From Lysobacterales bacterium (GTDB lineage: Bacteria; Pseudomonadota; Gammaproteobacteria; Xanthomonadales; SZUA-36), in the NCBI GenBank assembly GCA_035267185.1, contig DATFLY010000127.1:27894-91893 (forward strand): a stretch of DNA of 64,000 nt, written 5' to 3'. The position numbers and the translations under genes are program-made. The notes under the pieces are model-generated. The model searched no databases. It was not told the origin of the DNA and saw only the letters and a list, made by a program, of their open reading frames with translations. Positions 46,038 to 56,566 of this stretch are shown one piece after another; within the stretch, counting starts at the first letter, position 1, and every line of letters starts with the position of its first letter.

Positions 46038-48523
46038 CCGGTTTTTTCGACCACAACAGGCCTGAATGCCGGGTCTTCAAAGCCTTCAATTTTCGACCTT
46101 GGGAAATCATCGACCTCGATGACCTTGCGGGCGGCTTCCTGCGCAAGCCGCACCATCGTGGCCTGCTCTTCCGTGATCACGCCACTTTCAACTGCCTGCC
46201 TGACAAGCTCTGGATAATTTTCAAAAGTGACAGCCTTGTTGAGTGCATTCTTGATCGCGCGCTCTGCCTTGTCAGAAACAAGCATGAGGTGGAAGGCTGT
46301 ATGAACCCTTCCGGAGGCATCGTCACCGTCGGACATGTAAACGCCTTCGGCCAGTCGGTCGCGACTCGCATTTTCGGTCAGCAAGATTCTCGCAACGGCT
46401 TTGCCTGTTGCATCAGAAGGAATCGAGTAGGGTGAGCCCAGGGGAAAAACCAGACGACTCGCAATCCAGCCCAGCCCGGGCCCCGGAAAGTTACTCAGAA
46501 CGCCACGAAGGCTTTCCTGAACCCTGTAAAGTCCATCATCCATCGCCCAGGTCACCAATGGCAGATCCTCTTCAGGTCGCCCATCGTCTTCGAATCGCTT
46601 TAGCACTGCGCTGCACATGTAAAGATGAATGAGTGCATCAGCCAGGCGGCCTGAAAGCTTTTCCTTGAACTTGAACTTGCCACCAAGGGTAATCAGGACG
46701 AGGTCCGAGACAAAACTGAATGCGGAACACATTCGTTTCATTTGCCGGTAATACCGTCGGGTTGGCCCGCGCACCGGTGAGCCTGTAATCAGAGAACCAC
46801 TCAGGCCAAGCATCAGTGAACGAACCATATTACTGATGACATGGCCGACGTGAGAGAAGAAGGCGTGATCAAATTTCTTTCTGGCTCCCGGCTTGGGATC
46901 TGATGCTGCCTGCATCTCCTTGAGGAGCCAGGGGTGTGCCCGAATGGCGCCCTGGCCGAAAATAATCAGCGTTCGGGTCAGAATATTAGCGCCTTCCACC
47001 GTGATTGAAATCGGAATGGCCTGATAAGCGTGAGCCAGGTAGTTATTCGGACCGGTGATCACACCCTTGCCACCATGGATGTCCATGGCGTCGTTGATGC
47101 ATTGCCGGTTCCCCTCGGTCAGCTGATACTTGACGATCGCCGACAGCACAGCAGGCTTTTCGCCTTCATCCAGGGCGACCAGGGTAAGGCGCCGGGCCGC
47201 ATCCATCCTGTAGGTTCGCCCGCCGATGCGGGCAAGCGGCTCCTCAATGCCTTCAAAGTATCCAATAGGGACATTAAATTGTTTGCGGATCCGTGCATAG
47301 GCCCCGGACATGAGTGCGCTCATTTTACCGCCCGAGGTGCCGAGAGCGGGCAGGGAAATGGCGCGGCCGGCTGCCAGGCTTTTCATCAGCATGCGCCAGC
47401 CCTGGCCGATCCGTTCGCGGCCACCGATGATCCAGTCAAGAGGGATGAATACATCCTTGCCCTGGGTTGGCCCGTTCATAAATACGGCGCCGACCGGCAT
47501 GTGGCGGTTACCAATTTCAACGCCTGGAGTATCTGTGGGAATGAGTGCGCAGGTAATTCCCAGGTCTTTTTCTTCGCCAAGCAGACCGTCGGGGTCCAGG
47601 GCCTTGAAGGCCAGGCCCAGAACCGTCGCAACAGGGGCGAGCGTAATGTAGCGCTTGTTCCAGTTGAGCCTCAGCCCCAGAACCTCTTCACCTTCATGCG
47701 TGCCTTTGCATATCACACCGGTATCGCTCATTGCTGCGGCATCAGAACCGGCGAGGGGTGAAGTGAGCGCGAAGCATGGGATATCTTCGCCAGAGGCGAG
47801 CCGCGGAAGATAATGTTTCTTCTGTTTTTCTGTGCCGTAGTGGAGCAGCAGTTCACCCGGGCCCAGTGAATTTGGAACCATGACAGTCACGGCGGCGGTC
47901 AGGTTGCGACTGGCGAGCTTCATGACCACGGCAGAATTGGCCTGGGCCGAAAAGCCGAGCCCGCCGAATTCCTGCGGGATGATCATGCTGAAAAAACGAT
48001 GTTCCCGAATATAGTCCCAGATGGGATCGGGGAGGTTACGATGCGTGTCGCAAATTTCCCAGTCGTTGAGCATTCGACATAATTCTTCTACCGGCCCATC
48101 GATAAAAGCCTGCTCGCGTTCACTCAGGGAAGGGGCAGGGGTCTTGAGAAGGATTTTCCAGCGTGGTCTGCCAGTGAATATTTCTGCATCCCACCAGACA
48201 GTTCCTGCATCCAGTGCTTCCTGCTCAGTGTCGGATAATCTCGGCAGTGCCTTGCGAAACCAGCCGAATAATCGATCACTGATCAGTAGGCGCCGTAATG
48301 GCTTGATTGCAAACCCCATCAGGGTGACAGCAACAATACCGTTGGCAAACCGAAACCAGCTCGGGACATAAAAGAGATGTCGCAATTCGGTCCACATCAC
48401 GGTCAGCCCCACCATGATCGCCATCGCAACAATGAGGGAAGTCCGGTTGTAAGCCAGAATCATGACTGTCAACAAGAGGATGCAGAAGTAGAGAAACTCC
48501 ATGGCCATCATCTTATGTGCCAT
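46034..48523 (-). CDS. fadE: Large acyl-CoA dehydrogenase FadE
   Basis: 829 aa with an N-terminal TM region followed by ACAD domains (LTSPLAGSDAAAM, ITVEGANILTR), matching the FadE architecture. Confidence 0.9.
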   Translation of the reverse strand: MAHKMMAMEFLYFCILLLTVMILAYNRTSLIVAMAIMVGLTVMWTELRHLFYVPSWFRFANGIVAVTLMGFAIKPLRRLLISDRLFGWFRKALPRLSDTEQEALDAGTVWWDAEIFTGRPRWKILLKTPAPSLSEREQAFIDGPVEELCRMLNDWEICDTHRNLPDPIWDYIREHRFFSMIIPQEFGGLGFSAQANSAVVMKLASRNLTAAVTVMVPNSLGPGELLLHYGTEKQKKHYLPRLASGEDIPCFALTSPLAGSDAAAMSDTGVICKGTHEGEEVLGLRLNWNKRYITLAPVATVLGLAFKALDPDGLLGEEKDLGITCALIPTDTPGVEIGNRHMPVGAVFMNGPTQGKDVFIPLDWIIGGRERIGQGWRMLMKSLAAGRAISLPALGTSGGKMSALMSGAYARIRKQFNVPIGYFEGIEEPLARIGGRTYRMDAARRLTLVALDEGEKPAVLSAIVKYQLTEGNRQCINDAMDIHGGKGVITGPNNYLAHAYQAIPISITVEGANILTRTLIIFGQGAIRAHPWLLKEMQAASDPKPGARKKFDHAFFSHVGHVISNMVRSLMLGLSGSLITGSPVRGPTRRYYRQMKRMCSAFSFVSDLVLITLGGKFKFKEKLSGRLADALIHLYMCSAVLKRFEDDGRPEEDLPLVTWAMDDGLYRVQESLRGVLSNFPGPGLGWIASRLVFPLGSPYSIPSDATGKAVARILLTENASRDRLAEGVYMSDGDDASGRVHTAFHLMLVSDKAERAIKNALNKAVTFENYPELVRQAVESGVITEEQATMVRLAQEAARKVIEVDDFPRSKIEGFEDPAFRPVVVEKTG

Positions 48524-48682
48524 TCAATCGGAGGGTCAAGATAACTCTTGAAACCAGCGCAGGAACATTGCGTACCTGCAGTGATCACCGTAAAATCCCC
48601 GGGGTTTACTTAACGATTCTTCCGGCACCAGGGTGTCGCAATACTAAACCATAAAATACAAATAGATATGGGGAGTTTTTAA

Positions 48683-49108
48683 TTGGCTTCTGAAAGAACA
48701 TTATCAATCATAAAACCGGATGCGGTAGCAAAAGACGTGATCGGTGAAATATACACCCGTTTTGAGCAGGCAGGACTAAAAATTATTGCTGCCCGCATGA
48801 AGCATCTGACCCGCGACGAGGCAGAGCAGTTCTATAGCGTGCATCGTGAACGTCCTTTTTTCGGCGATCTGGTTGAATTCATGACGTCCGGTCCTGTGAT
48901 GATCCAGGTACTGGAAGGTGAAAGTGCGATTATGCGCAATCGTGAACTGATGGGTGCAACCAATCCTGCAGAAGCAGCACCGGGAACCATCAGGGCTGAT
49001 TTCGCTAAAAGCATTGATGCCAACGCCGTGCATGGTTCTGACGGTCCGGATACCGCGAAAACCGAGATTGCCTGCTTCTTTTCCGCTGACGAGATCAGTT
49101 CACGCTGA
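48683..49108 (+). CDS. ndk: Nucleoside diphosphate kinase
   Basis: [12 protein letters not shown] and NAVHGSD (active-site His) are present. TTG start with GGGGAG upstream. Confidence 0.95.
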   Translation: MASERTLSIIKPDAVAKDVIGEIYTRFEQAGLKIIAARMKHLTRDEAEQFYSVHRERPFFGDLVEFMTSGPVMIQVLEGESAIMRNRELMGATNPAEAAPGTIRADFAKSIDANAVHGSDGPDTAKTEIACFFSADEISSR

Positions 49109-49119
49109 TTGTTCAGGCT

Positions 49120-50244
49120 ATGACGGTCACGCAGACAAAAATTAATCTTTTCGATCTTGATCGCGAAGGCCTGCGTGATTTTTTCGAATCGATTGGCGAA
49201 AAGCCGTTTCGGGCTGACCAGATTCTCAAGTGGGTCTATCACCAGCAGGTTGTGGATTTTGAAATGATGACCAATCTTTCGAAATCGCTGCGCGACAAGC
49301 TGGCGAAGCTTGCAACCATTACGCCACCGAAAGTGATTCGCGAGCAGGTTTCTACCGATGGAACGGTCAAGTGGCTGCTCGGGTTTGGTGGGTCCAATGC
49401 TGTTGAAACTGTGTTCATCCCTGAAACCAAACGCGGGACCTTGTGCATTTCGTCTCAAATAGGCTGTGCACTCAACTGCAGTTTTTGCTCGACCGGTGCG
49501 CAGGGATTCAATCGCAACCTGACCAGCGGTGAAATCATCGGGCAGGTCTGGATGGCCGCGAAAGCCCTGGGGCACGAGAGAAATGGCAAGCGCCAGATTA
49601 CCAATGTTGTGCTGATGGGCATGGGAGAACCGTTGGTCAACTTCGAGGCGGTCGCACCTGCGCTTTCTGTTCTGCGTTCCGACCTGGGGTTTGGCCTGGC
49701 AGCGAAACGGGTCACCGTATCCACGGCTGGCATGGTGCCCGGCATCGACCTCCTGAGGGAAACCGTGGATGTAGCATTGGCAGTGTCGCTTCATGCGCCA
49801 CAAGACGACCTGCGTGAACAACTGGTGCCTCTGAACAGGAAGTATCCCATCAGGGACCTGATGGCTGCCTGTCAGCGCTATGTCGCCGGAAAGCACAAAA
49901 GAAGTGTGACCTTCGAGTACACGCTGATCGATGGGGTCAACGATCACCCTGAACATGCACGCAAACTGGTGAAGCTCCTGAGGCGTCTGCCAAGCAAGCT
50001 TAATCTCATTCCGTTCAATCCATTTCCCGGAACAAGCTACCGCTGTTCCAGTGCTGAGAAAATTAACAAGTTCAAGGAAATCGTCATGGCTGGAGGGTTG
50101 ATTGCCACAGTCAGGAAAACACGGGGAGATGATATTGATGCAGCCTGCGGTCAGCTGGCTGGCAAATTCAAGGACCGCACACGCAGGAGTTCTACCCTGA
50201 GAATGAAAATGACCGATACATCTGCAGTGGAGGCGGCACGGTGA
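49120..50244 (+). CDS. rlmN: 23S rRNA/tRNA (adenine2503-C2)-methyltransferase RlmN (radical SAM)
   Basis: CALNCSFC radical-SAM motif, GMGEPL, and DIDAACGQL. Confidence 0.95.
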   Translation: MTVTQTKINLFDLDREGLRDFFESIGEKPFRADQILKWVYHQQVVDFEMMTNLSKSLRDKLAKLATITPPKVIREQVSTDGTVKWLLGFGGSNAVETVFIPETKRGTLCISSQIGCALNCSFCSTGAQGFNRNLTSGEIIGQVWMAAKALGHERNGKRQITNVVLMGMGEPLVNFEAVAPALSVLRSDLGFGLAAKRVTVSTAGMVPGIDLLRETVDVALAVSLHAPQDDLREQLVPLNRKYPIRDLMAACQRYVAGKHKRSVTFEYTLIDGVNDHPEHARKLVKLLRRLPSKLNLIPFNPFPGTSYRCSSAEKINKFKEIVMAGGLIATVRKTRGDDIDAACGQLAGKFKDRTRRSSTLRMKMTDTSAVEAAR

Positions 50245-51011
50245 AGCACATCAAATTCAATTTGCAATTTTATGTGTCGATTCTGTTCAGCCTGATCGTT
50301 ACCGCATGTGTTTCTGCAACACCGGAAGAAGATGAGTCTGCCGCTCGACGAGCTGCGGAAACCAATACCGAGCTCGGTCGCCAGTACATGAGCAGGGGTG
50401 ATTACGAGATTGCTCTGGATAAACTCAAACGTGCCATCGCACACGATAAGACTTACGCTCCCGCCCACACCGTTCTGGCATACCTTTACGAGTATGTCGG
50501 GGATGACGAGATGGCGGGCAGGGAATATCGGGAAGCAGTGAAGTACGATCCTGATGATGGATCAACAAACAACAACTACGGTGCATTTTTGTGTTCGACG
50601 GGCGATTGGAAAGAATCCGAGAAGTATTTCGAGAAAGCACTGGCTGATCCCTTTTATGATACGCCGGCTCTGGCTTTGTCCAATGCCGGTTTATGTGCGT
50701 TTAACTCAGGTGATCTGGACAAGGCCGAGGTGTATTTGAGACAATCACTGGAATACGATCCCAACTTGCCTGCTTCTTTGCTGGCCATGGGACGAATCAG
50801 CTACGAGCGTGAACAGTTTTTGAACGCCAGAGCATTCCTGCAAAGATATGAGATTGCTTCCGCTCACACTGAAGAAAGCCTTTTGCAAGCCTACCGGATT
50901 GAGAAGGCACTCGGTGATGAGGTTGCGGCGAGTGATTATCGTCGGCAACTGATACAGGAATTCCCCCAGTCAAATGCGGCAAAACAGCTGACCAGGGAAC
51001 CAACACAATAA
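50241..51011 (+). CDS. pilW: Type IV pilus biogenesis/stability TPR lipoprotein PilW (PilF)
   Basis: Lipobox VTAC and TPR repeats. The position between rlmN and rodZ supports the call. Confidence 0.8.
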   Translation: MKHIKFNLQFYVSILFSLIVTACVSATPEEDESAARRAAETNTELGRQYMSRGDYEIALDKLKRAIAHDKTYAPAHTVLAYLYEYVGDDEMAGREYREAVKYDPDDGSTNNNYGAFLCSTGDWKESEKYFEKALADPFYDTPALALSNAGLCAFNSGDLDKAEVYLRQSLEYDPNLPASLLAMGRISYEREQFLNARAFLQRYEIASAHTEESLLQAYRIEKALGDEVAASDYRRQLIQEFPQSNAAKQLTREPTQ

Positions 51012-51013
51012 AA

Positions 51014-51889
51014 ATGATAAAAAACGAACATCAAGCAGAATTGATCCTGACCCCACCCGGCGAACGTTTACAGCATGCACGTGAAGCTCGCGGCCTGAGC
51101 GTCGCTCAGATTTCGAAAAAGACCCTGATCAGGGAACGAATCATTCGCTCTATAGAGAACGACGATACTGGTTGGATCGCGCCGATATACCTGCGCGGTT
51201 ACGTAAAGACTTATGCGAAAGAAGTGGGCCTTGATCCGGCCCTGCTTGAAGCTGAAGCCCGAGCTGCTTCAGGGGATGACCCTGAGCTTCGTTCAGTATT
51301 CAATATTGATCCGAAACGCGGTTTTACCGAGCGCTGGCTGAAGTCAGGTGGTTACCTGGTCGCAACCGCGCTGATCGCAGCACTTGTATGGCAGGTGACG
51401 CAGCAGGCCGTTCAGCTCTCGGAGGGAACCCGCAGCGTCGCAGGTTCGGAAACTGCGCCGGCGCAGGACAGCGACTCCAGAAATGAGAATATTACAAATT
51501 CATCCCGACAGAATTCACACCTGGCCGCTTCAATAGCTTCACTTGAGAAACTCAACACATCTCCTGAAAGCAGGTCATCAGTTGCGCATGAAGCCTGGTC
51601 TGCCATCAATACACCCGTTTCAGATCTGCAACTGCTGAATATTCGGGTTTCCGCTGACAGCTGGGTGGAAATCATCGACAGTAAAGGTGCGATCCTGGAA
51701 AAGGATTTGCTGCGCGGTGGAAACGAGCGTCATTACAAGGGAACACCACCTTTCGAGGTGATGCTGGGTCGTCCATCGGCAGTTGAGGTTGAGTACAATG
51801 GCGAGAGCGTTGACCTGGAACCCCACATCAGGGGTGATGTGGCGCGCCTGACACTGGGTGTGGCTGATAAGCCGCAGCCGGAAGAATAA
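51014..51889 (+). CDS. rodZ: Cytoskeleton protein RodZ (HTH + TM + C-terminal DUF4115)
   Basis: N-terminal HTH (GERLQHAREARGLSVAQIS), a central TM segment, and a C-terminal block (LNIRVSADSWVEIID..G). Confidence 0.8.
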   Translation: MIKNEHQAELILTPPGERLQHAREARGLSVAQISKKTLIRERIIRSIENDDTGWIAPIYLRGYVKTYAKEVGLDPALLEAEARAASGDDPELRSVFNIDPKRGFTERWLKSGGYLVATALIAALVWQVTQQAVQLSEGTRSVAGSETAPAQDSDSRNENITNSSRQNSHLAASIASLEKLNTSPESRSSVAHEAWSAINTPVSDLQLLNIRVSADSWVEIIDSKGAILEKDLLRGGNERHYKGTPPFEVMLGRPSAVEVEYNGESVDLEPHIRGDVARLTLGVADKPQPEE

Positions 51890-51937
51890 GCCAATCTGCA
51901 GAAACCCTGTCCTTTACACGGAAGTCGAATTTCCAAA

Positions 51938-53209
51938 GTGAATTCCAAGATTCAATCCGTTAAGGGTATGCACGATATCGTGCCCTCGGACATGCCATGC
52001 TGGCATTTCCTGGAGACAAATTTGCGCCAGGTGATGGCCCGCTACGGTTTTGAAGAAATTCGAACGCCAGTTGTCGAAAAATCAACGCTTTTCGAAAGGG
52101 CGATCGGAGACAGTACCGATGTGGTCGAGAAAGAAATGTACAGTTTCGAAGACAAGGGCGGTGAACGCCTTAGTCTGAGACCGGAAGGTACCGCTGCGGT
52201 CGTTAGAGCAGCCATCCAGAACGGCTTGCTTTATGCAGCACCGCTGAGGCTGTGGTATTGCGGACCAATGTTCCGTCGTGAACGCCCCCAGCGTGGTCGC
52301 ACCCGCCAGTTTCACCAGGTTGGTGTTGAGGCATTCGGAGCAACCGGTCCGGATATCGATGCTGAAGTGATTGCACTGGGAGAATCCCTGTGGCGGAGCC
52401 TGGGGCTTGGAGATTTACGCCTGGAGATCAACTCCCTGGGAACTGTCCAGGAGCGACTTGAATTTCGCAATGATCTTCGCTCCTACCTGGAGTCACGAAA
52501 GGATGCCCTTGATGAGGACAGCCTGAGGCGATTGGACCGAAATCCATTGCGTATTCTGGACAGCAAAAACCCGGTGGTGCAGGAGGCACTCAGCGATTCA
52601 CCGAATCTTGCTGACTACCTGGGGCAGGAATCAAGAGATCATTTTACGAAGTTGCTGAATTTTCTGGACGAACTTGGTGTCGGATACGTGGTTAACCCAC
52701 GACTTGTACGAGGTCTGGATTACTACAGTCACGCTGTGTTCGAGTGGATCAGCGAAGATCTTGGCGCACAGGGAACGATTTGTGCTGGTGGCCGATACGA
52801 CGGGCTGGTCGAAATGCAGGGTGGCAAGCCATGGCCGGCAGTTGGCTTTGCCATGGGTTTGGAACGAATCGTGGAATTGTTGAGGCAGGCGCATGAATTC
52901 GAGGCTCAGCCACCCCATGTATACCTGGTTCTGGCTGGTTCTGAAACGTCAGGTCCCGGTTTGTTGCTTGCAGAACGCCTGCGAGAAGAGCTGCCGGCAC
53001 TGCGCCTTGTCAGTAACGTTGGAGGCGGGAGTTTCAAGGCACAGTTCAGGCGGGCTGACCGAAGTGGTGCCAGGGTGGCACTGGTACTGGGTGAAGACGA
53101 GATTTCTTCCGGTACTGCAACGGTGAAATTTTTGAGGGAAGATGTACCACAGAAAACAGTTCCGATGGATTCAGTTGGAGATTTGCTTCTGAAGGTGGTT
53201 CAGTCCTGA
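51938..53209 (+). CDS. hisS: Histidine--tRNA ligase
   Basis: GMHDIVP, LRPEGTA, YCGPMFRRERPQRGRTRQFHQ and GGRYDGL. GTG start. Confidence 0.95.
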   Translation: MNSKIQSVKGMHDIVPSDMPCWHFLETNLRQVMARYGFEEIRTPVVEKSTLFERAIGDSTDVVEKEMYSFEDKGGERLSLRPEGTAAVVRAAIQNGLLYAAPLRLWYCGPMFRRERPQRGRTRQFHQVGVEAFGATGPDIDAEVIALGESLWRSLGLGDLRLEINSLGTVQERLEFRNDLRSYLESRKDALDEDSLRRLDRNPLRILDSKNPVVQEALSDSPNLADYLGQESRDHFTKLLNFLDELGVGYVVNPRLVRGLDYYSHAVFEWISEDLGAQGTICAGGRYDGLVEMQGGKPWPAVGFAMGLERIVELLRQAHEFEAQPPHVYLVLAGSETSGPGLLLAERLREELPALRLVSNVGGGSFKAQFRRADRSGARVALVLGEDEISSGTATVKFLREDVPQKTVPMDSVGDLLLKVVQS

Positions 53210-53309
53210 ATAAAATTGAAAACAAAACACAAACGAATCATAAATTTAGATAGAATATGCGGCCCCGAAAACGGGCTGGTTCATCAATAAGAGAATATCG
53301 AGCAAAACA

Positions 53310-53981
53310 ATGGCCGAATACTTTAACGAACACGAGCAGGGCGAAGCTGTAAAAAAATGGCTCCGGGAAAATGGAGGCGCGATCGTCATGGGCCTGGTCA
53401 TCGCTTTTGGCGGCCTGTTTGGCGTCAGGCAGTGGCAGTCCTGGGATGTTAACCAGAAGCAGCGGGCTTCGGCCGAGTTTGAAATCATGAGCCAGTTGTT
53501 GTCCGAGGATCAGCTGGATGCGGCCATGGACAATTACCAGACACTGAAAGAAGATTTTTCTGAGTCGCCCTATGCATCGCTGGCTGCCTTGCAAATGGCG
53601 AGGGCTCGCCTCGATGCTGGCCAGACTGATCTGGCAGTGACCCTCTACCAATTCGTGGCGGACAATGGCACTCCCTCTGCATTGAAGACGATCGGTACCG
53701 AGCGCCTGGCCCGCGTATTGCTGGACCAGGGCAAACCTGAAGAAGCCATTTCACTGTTGGATCAAAACTCAGGAACCACTGGGTTTGAAGCGTCCACGGC
53801 TGAAGTTCGTGGCGATATCTATTCTGCACTCGGCAGAACAGAGGAGGCGATCGACAGCTATCAGCTGGCCCTGGATACCCTTGAGGAAGGGGTCGGAGAT
53901 CGTGGTTTCCTTGAGTTGAAACTGAAGTCGCTGGGTGGCGTGCCTGCTGAAACCGAAAGTGAAGACGGCAACCAGTCGTGA
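53310..53981 (+). CDS. yfgM: YfgM-family TPR-like membrane protein
   Basis: EQGEAVKKWLRENGGAIVMGLVIAFGGLFG followed by a TPR-like region. The position between hisS and bamB supports the call. Confidence 0.7.
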   Translation: MAEYFNEHEQGEAVKKWLRENGGAIVMGLVIAFGGLFGVRQWQSWDVNQKQRASAEFEIMSQLLSEDQLDAAMDNYQTLKEDFSESPYASLAALQMARARLDAGQTDLAVTLYQFVADNGTPSALKTIGTERLARVLLDQGKPEEAISLLDQNSGTTGFEASTAEVRGDIYSALGRTEEAIDSYQLALDTLEEGVGDRGFLELKLKSLGGVPAETESEDGNQS

Positions 53982-55141
53982 AATTCCGGATCCTACTTGC
54001 CCTGATTGTATTTAGCCTGCTTCTTCCGGGTTGTGCCTGGGTTCGCGGGTGGGGAACACCAGAGCCGGGTGACCCGGCTGAACTGGTCAAGTTTGATGAA
54101 ACCCTCAAGGTTAAAAAGGTCTGGTCCACTTCTGTTGGTGATGGCACTGGTAAACAGGGCGTGGGGATTTTACCGGTTTATGTCAGCGGAACCATCTACA
54201 CCGCAGACTACAAAGGTCGAATCACTGCAGTAGCTGCCGAAAATGGCAACAAGACCTGGCAAAACAAAACGGATCTTCCGTTTTCCAGCCCTCCGGGTAT
54301 CGATGGGCCGTTGCTTGTCATTGGCACAATCGACGGGCAGGTGCAGGCATTCAATTCAGAGACAGGCAGTGAGCTATGGCAAACCCGTGTTTCATCTGAA
54401 GTGCTGGCGGCTCCGGCGATCGCAGATGGAATCGTGATTGTGCGCTGCATCGACGGACGTGTCTTCGGTCTTGATGCCAGTAATGGCAATCGACTCTGGA
54501 TTCATGACCGCAGCGTACCATTGTTAACGCTTAGAGGTAATGCCGCACTGCTGGCCCGGGCGGGGGCTGTGTTCGTTGGTTACGACGATGGCACAATCGT
54601 AGCCCTGAGGCTTGAGGATGGAGCGGTCATCTGGGAGCAGAATATCGTCAACCAGGAAGGTCGAACCGAGCTGGACCGTCTGGCAGACGTCGGCGACCAG
54701 ATGGTAATGGTGGCCTCGGATCTGATTGTTTCCAGTTATAAAAATCGCGTAACAGCCCTTGCCGGAAATTCCGGGCGCCTTCTCTGGTTCAAGGATATTC
54801 CGTCAGCAACCGGGGTGCAGGTGGAACGTGTCAATCTCGTTATGAGCGACAAAAACGGGGAAGTGTGGCTGCTCGATCGCAGAAACGGCTCGACCATGTG
54901 GAAGCAGGATTCATTGCTCAATCGTGGGCTGACGAGGCCAGCTTTTTATGGCACCAATGTCGTCGTTGGTGATGCTCAGGGTTACCTGCACTGGATAGAC
55001 ACCGAATCAGGCCAGTTCGTGGCTCGTATTCGTGAGGGCAGGAAAGGGTTCGCAGGCGCACCGATTTCAGTGGGCACGACACTTTATGTCATGACGAACA
55101 AGGGCACACTTGCAGCTTATCGCGCTGGCGCAGCGTTGTAA
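53978..55141 (+). CDS. bamB: Outer membrane protein assembly factor BamB
   Basis: Lipobox LLPGC and repeated PQQ-like beta-propeller blades. GTG start overlaps the yfgM stop. Confidence 0.9.
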   Translation: MKFRILLALIVFSLLLPGCAWVRGWGTPEPGDPAELVKFDETLKVKKVWSTSVGDGTGKQGVGILPVYVSGTIYTADYKGRITAVAAENGNKTWQNKTDLPFSSPPGIDGPLLVIGTIDGQVQAFNSETGSELWQTRVSSEVLAAPAIADGIVIVRCIDGRVFGLDASNGNRLWIHDRSVPLLTLRGNAALLARAGAVFVGYDDGTIVALRLEDGAVIWEQNIVNQEGRTELDRLADVGDQMVMVASDLIVSSYKNRVTALAGNSGRLLWFKDIPSATGVQVERVNLVMSDKNGEVWLLDRRNGSTMWKQDSLLNRGLTRPAFYGTNVVVGDAQGYLHWIDTESGQFVARIREGRKGFAGAPISVGTTLYVMTNKGTLAAYRAGAAL

Positions 55142-55159
55142 TGCTATGCGGGACAAAAG

Positions 55160-56566
55160 ATGCTTCCCGTTGTAGCCATTGTTGGTAGGCCGAATGTCGG
55201 CAAATCAACCCTCTTCAATGTACTGACAGGTACCCGGGACGCCCTTGTAGCCGATTTGCCCGGAGTTACCAGGGATCGGCAGTACGGCATCGCCCGTGCC
55301 GGATCAACTCCTTACGTTCTCATCGATACCGGCGGACTGGTCAGTCACAGTGAAGGAATTGAATTTCTCACCGCCAGGCAGGTTCAGATCGCCATAAATG
55401 AGGCAGATATCGTCCTGTTTGTCGTGACAGCAACAGAGGGTCTGACAACCGAGGACCAGGAAGTGGCGCAGGTTCTGCGCAAGAGTTCCAAGCCTGTATT
55501 GCTGGTGGTAAACAAGTCGGAATCCTATGACCAGGTTTCCGCAACCGCGGATTTTTCCAGCCTTGGAATGGGCGAGGGACTGGCAGTTTCAGCGGCACAT
55601 CGACGTGGCATGTCCGAATTGGCGCAGGCCACTGACGAGATGTTGCCGCCCGGTGTCGAGGAAGAACCCGATCCGGAGGACAACACCATCCGTGTCGCGA
55701 TACTGGGGCGTCCGAATGTCGGCAAATCAACACTGGTCAATCGCCTTCTGGGTGAAGAGCGCCTGCTGGCCTACGACCAGCCCGGAACCACCCGGGACTC
55801 CATCACCACGCCACTAGAGCGCGATGGTCAAAAGTATGAACTGATCGATACAGCCGGCGTTCGTCGGCGCGCCCGGATCGGTGAAGCCCTGGAGAAATTC
55901 AGCGTCATCAAGGCCCTGCAGGCCATAGATCGTGCACACGTTGTTGTGCTTATGCTCGATTCAAACGAGGGACTCACCGATCAGGATACAACCCTTCTGG
56001 GGCATATCCTGGAACAGGGCAGGGCATTGGTGATCGCGCTCAACAAGTGGGACGGCCTGGACGATGACCATCGCAAACAGGTGCTGCAGAACATGGACCG
56101 CAAGCTGCAATACGTTCCCTGGGCGAAAAAGGTCACCATATCTGCGCTTCACGGTTCAGGCATTCGCGAGCTCATGAGGGCTGTCAACATTGCCTGGCGA
56201 AGTGCCACCCGGGACCTTCCAACGCCCGAACTGACGCGTGTGCTTCAGAAGGCTTACCAGGATCACCAGCCGCCCATGAGTCAGGGCCGCGCAGCACGAC
56301 TTCGCTATGCGCACGCCGGTGGAAAACTGCCTCCGAGAATCATCATTCATGGTAATCGCACCCGGACCCTGCCCGATGCCTATCGCCGCTACCTGGCAAA
56401 CATCTTTATCAACCACTTCAAATTGCAGGGGACGCCGATTGCATTGATATTTCGTGATTCGGATAACCCTTACAAGGGACGCAAGAACACGCTAAACAAA
56501 CGACAGGTGGCAAAGCGCCAACGACTCAAGAAGTTCGCAGGAAAAAAAGGCAGGGGCCGGAATTAG
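55160..56566 (+). CDS. der: Ribosome-associated GTPase Der (EngA), tandem G domains
   Basis: Two GRPNVGKST P-loops, two DTGG/DTAG motifs, and two NK.D motifs. Confidence 0.95.
   Translation: MLPVVAIVGRPNVGKSTLFNVLTGTRDALVADLPGVTRDRQYGIARAGSTPYVLIDTGGLVSHSEGIEFLTARQVQIAINEADIVLFVVTATEGLTTEDQEVAQVLRKSSKPVLLVVNKSESYDQVSATADFSSLGMGEGLAVSAAHRRGMSELAQATDEMLPPGVEEEPDPEDNTIRVAILGRPNVGKSTLVNRLLGEERLLAYDQPGTTRDSITTPLERDGQKYELIDTAGVRRRARIGEALEKFSVIKALQAIDRAHVVVLMLDSNEGLTDQDTTLLGHILEQGRALVIALNKWDGLDDDHRKQVLQNMDRKLQYVPWAKKVTISALHGSGIRELMRAVNIAWRSATRDLPTPELTRVLQKAYQDHQPPMSQGRAARLRYAHAGGKLPPRIIIHGNRTRTLPDAYRRYLANIFINHFKLQGTPIALIFRDSDNPYKGRKNTLNKRQVAKRQRLKKFAGKKGRGRN

Noticed and set aside
47030-47761. A 243-aa plus-strand ORF inside fadE.
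   Set aside because: It is antisense to the conserved ACAD core of FadE, and its Gly/Ala/Arg-rich translation has no domain signature.
48832-49956. A 374-aa ORF on the minus strand spanning the ndk 3' end, the ndk-rlmN spacer and most of rlmN. It is the same length as RlmN.
   Set aside because: It is fully antisense to two very well supported genes. Its translation is Arg/Leu/Ser/Gln-rich with no recognisable motifs, as expected for the stop-depleted antisense frame of a coding region. It has no plausible RBS or independent context.
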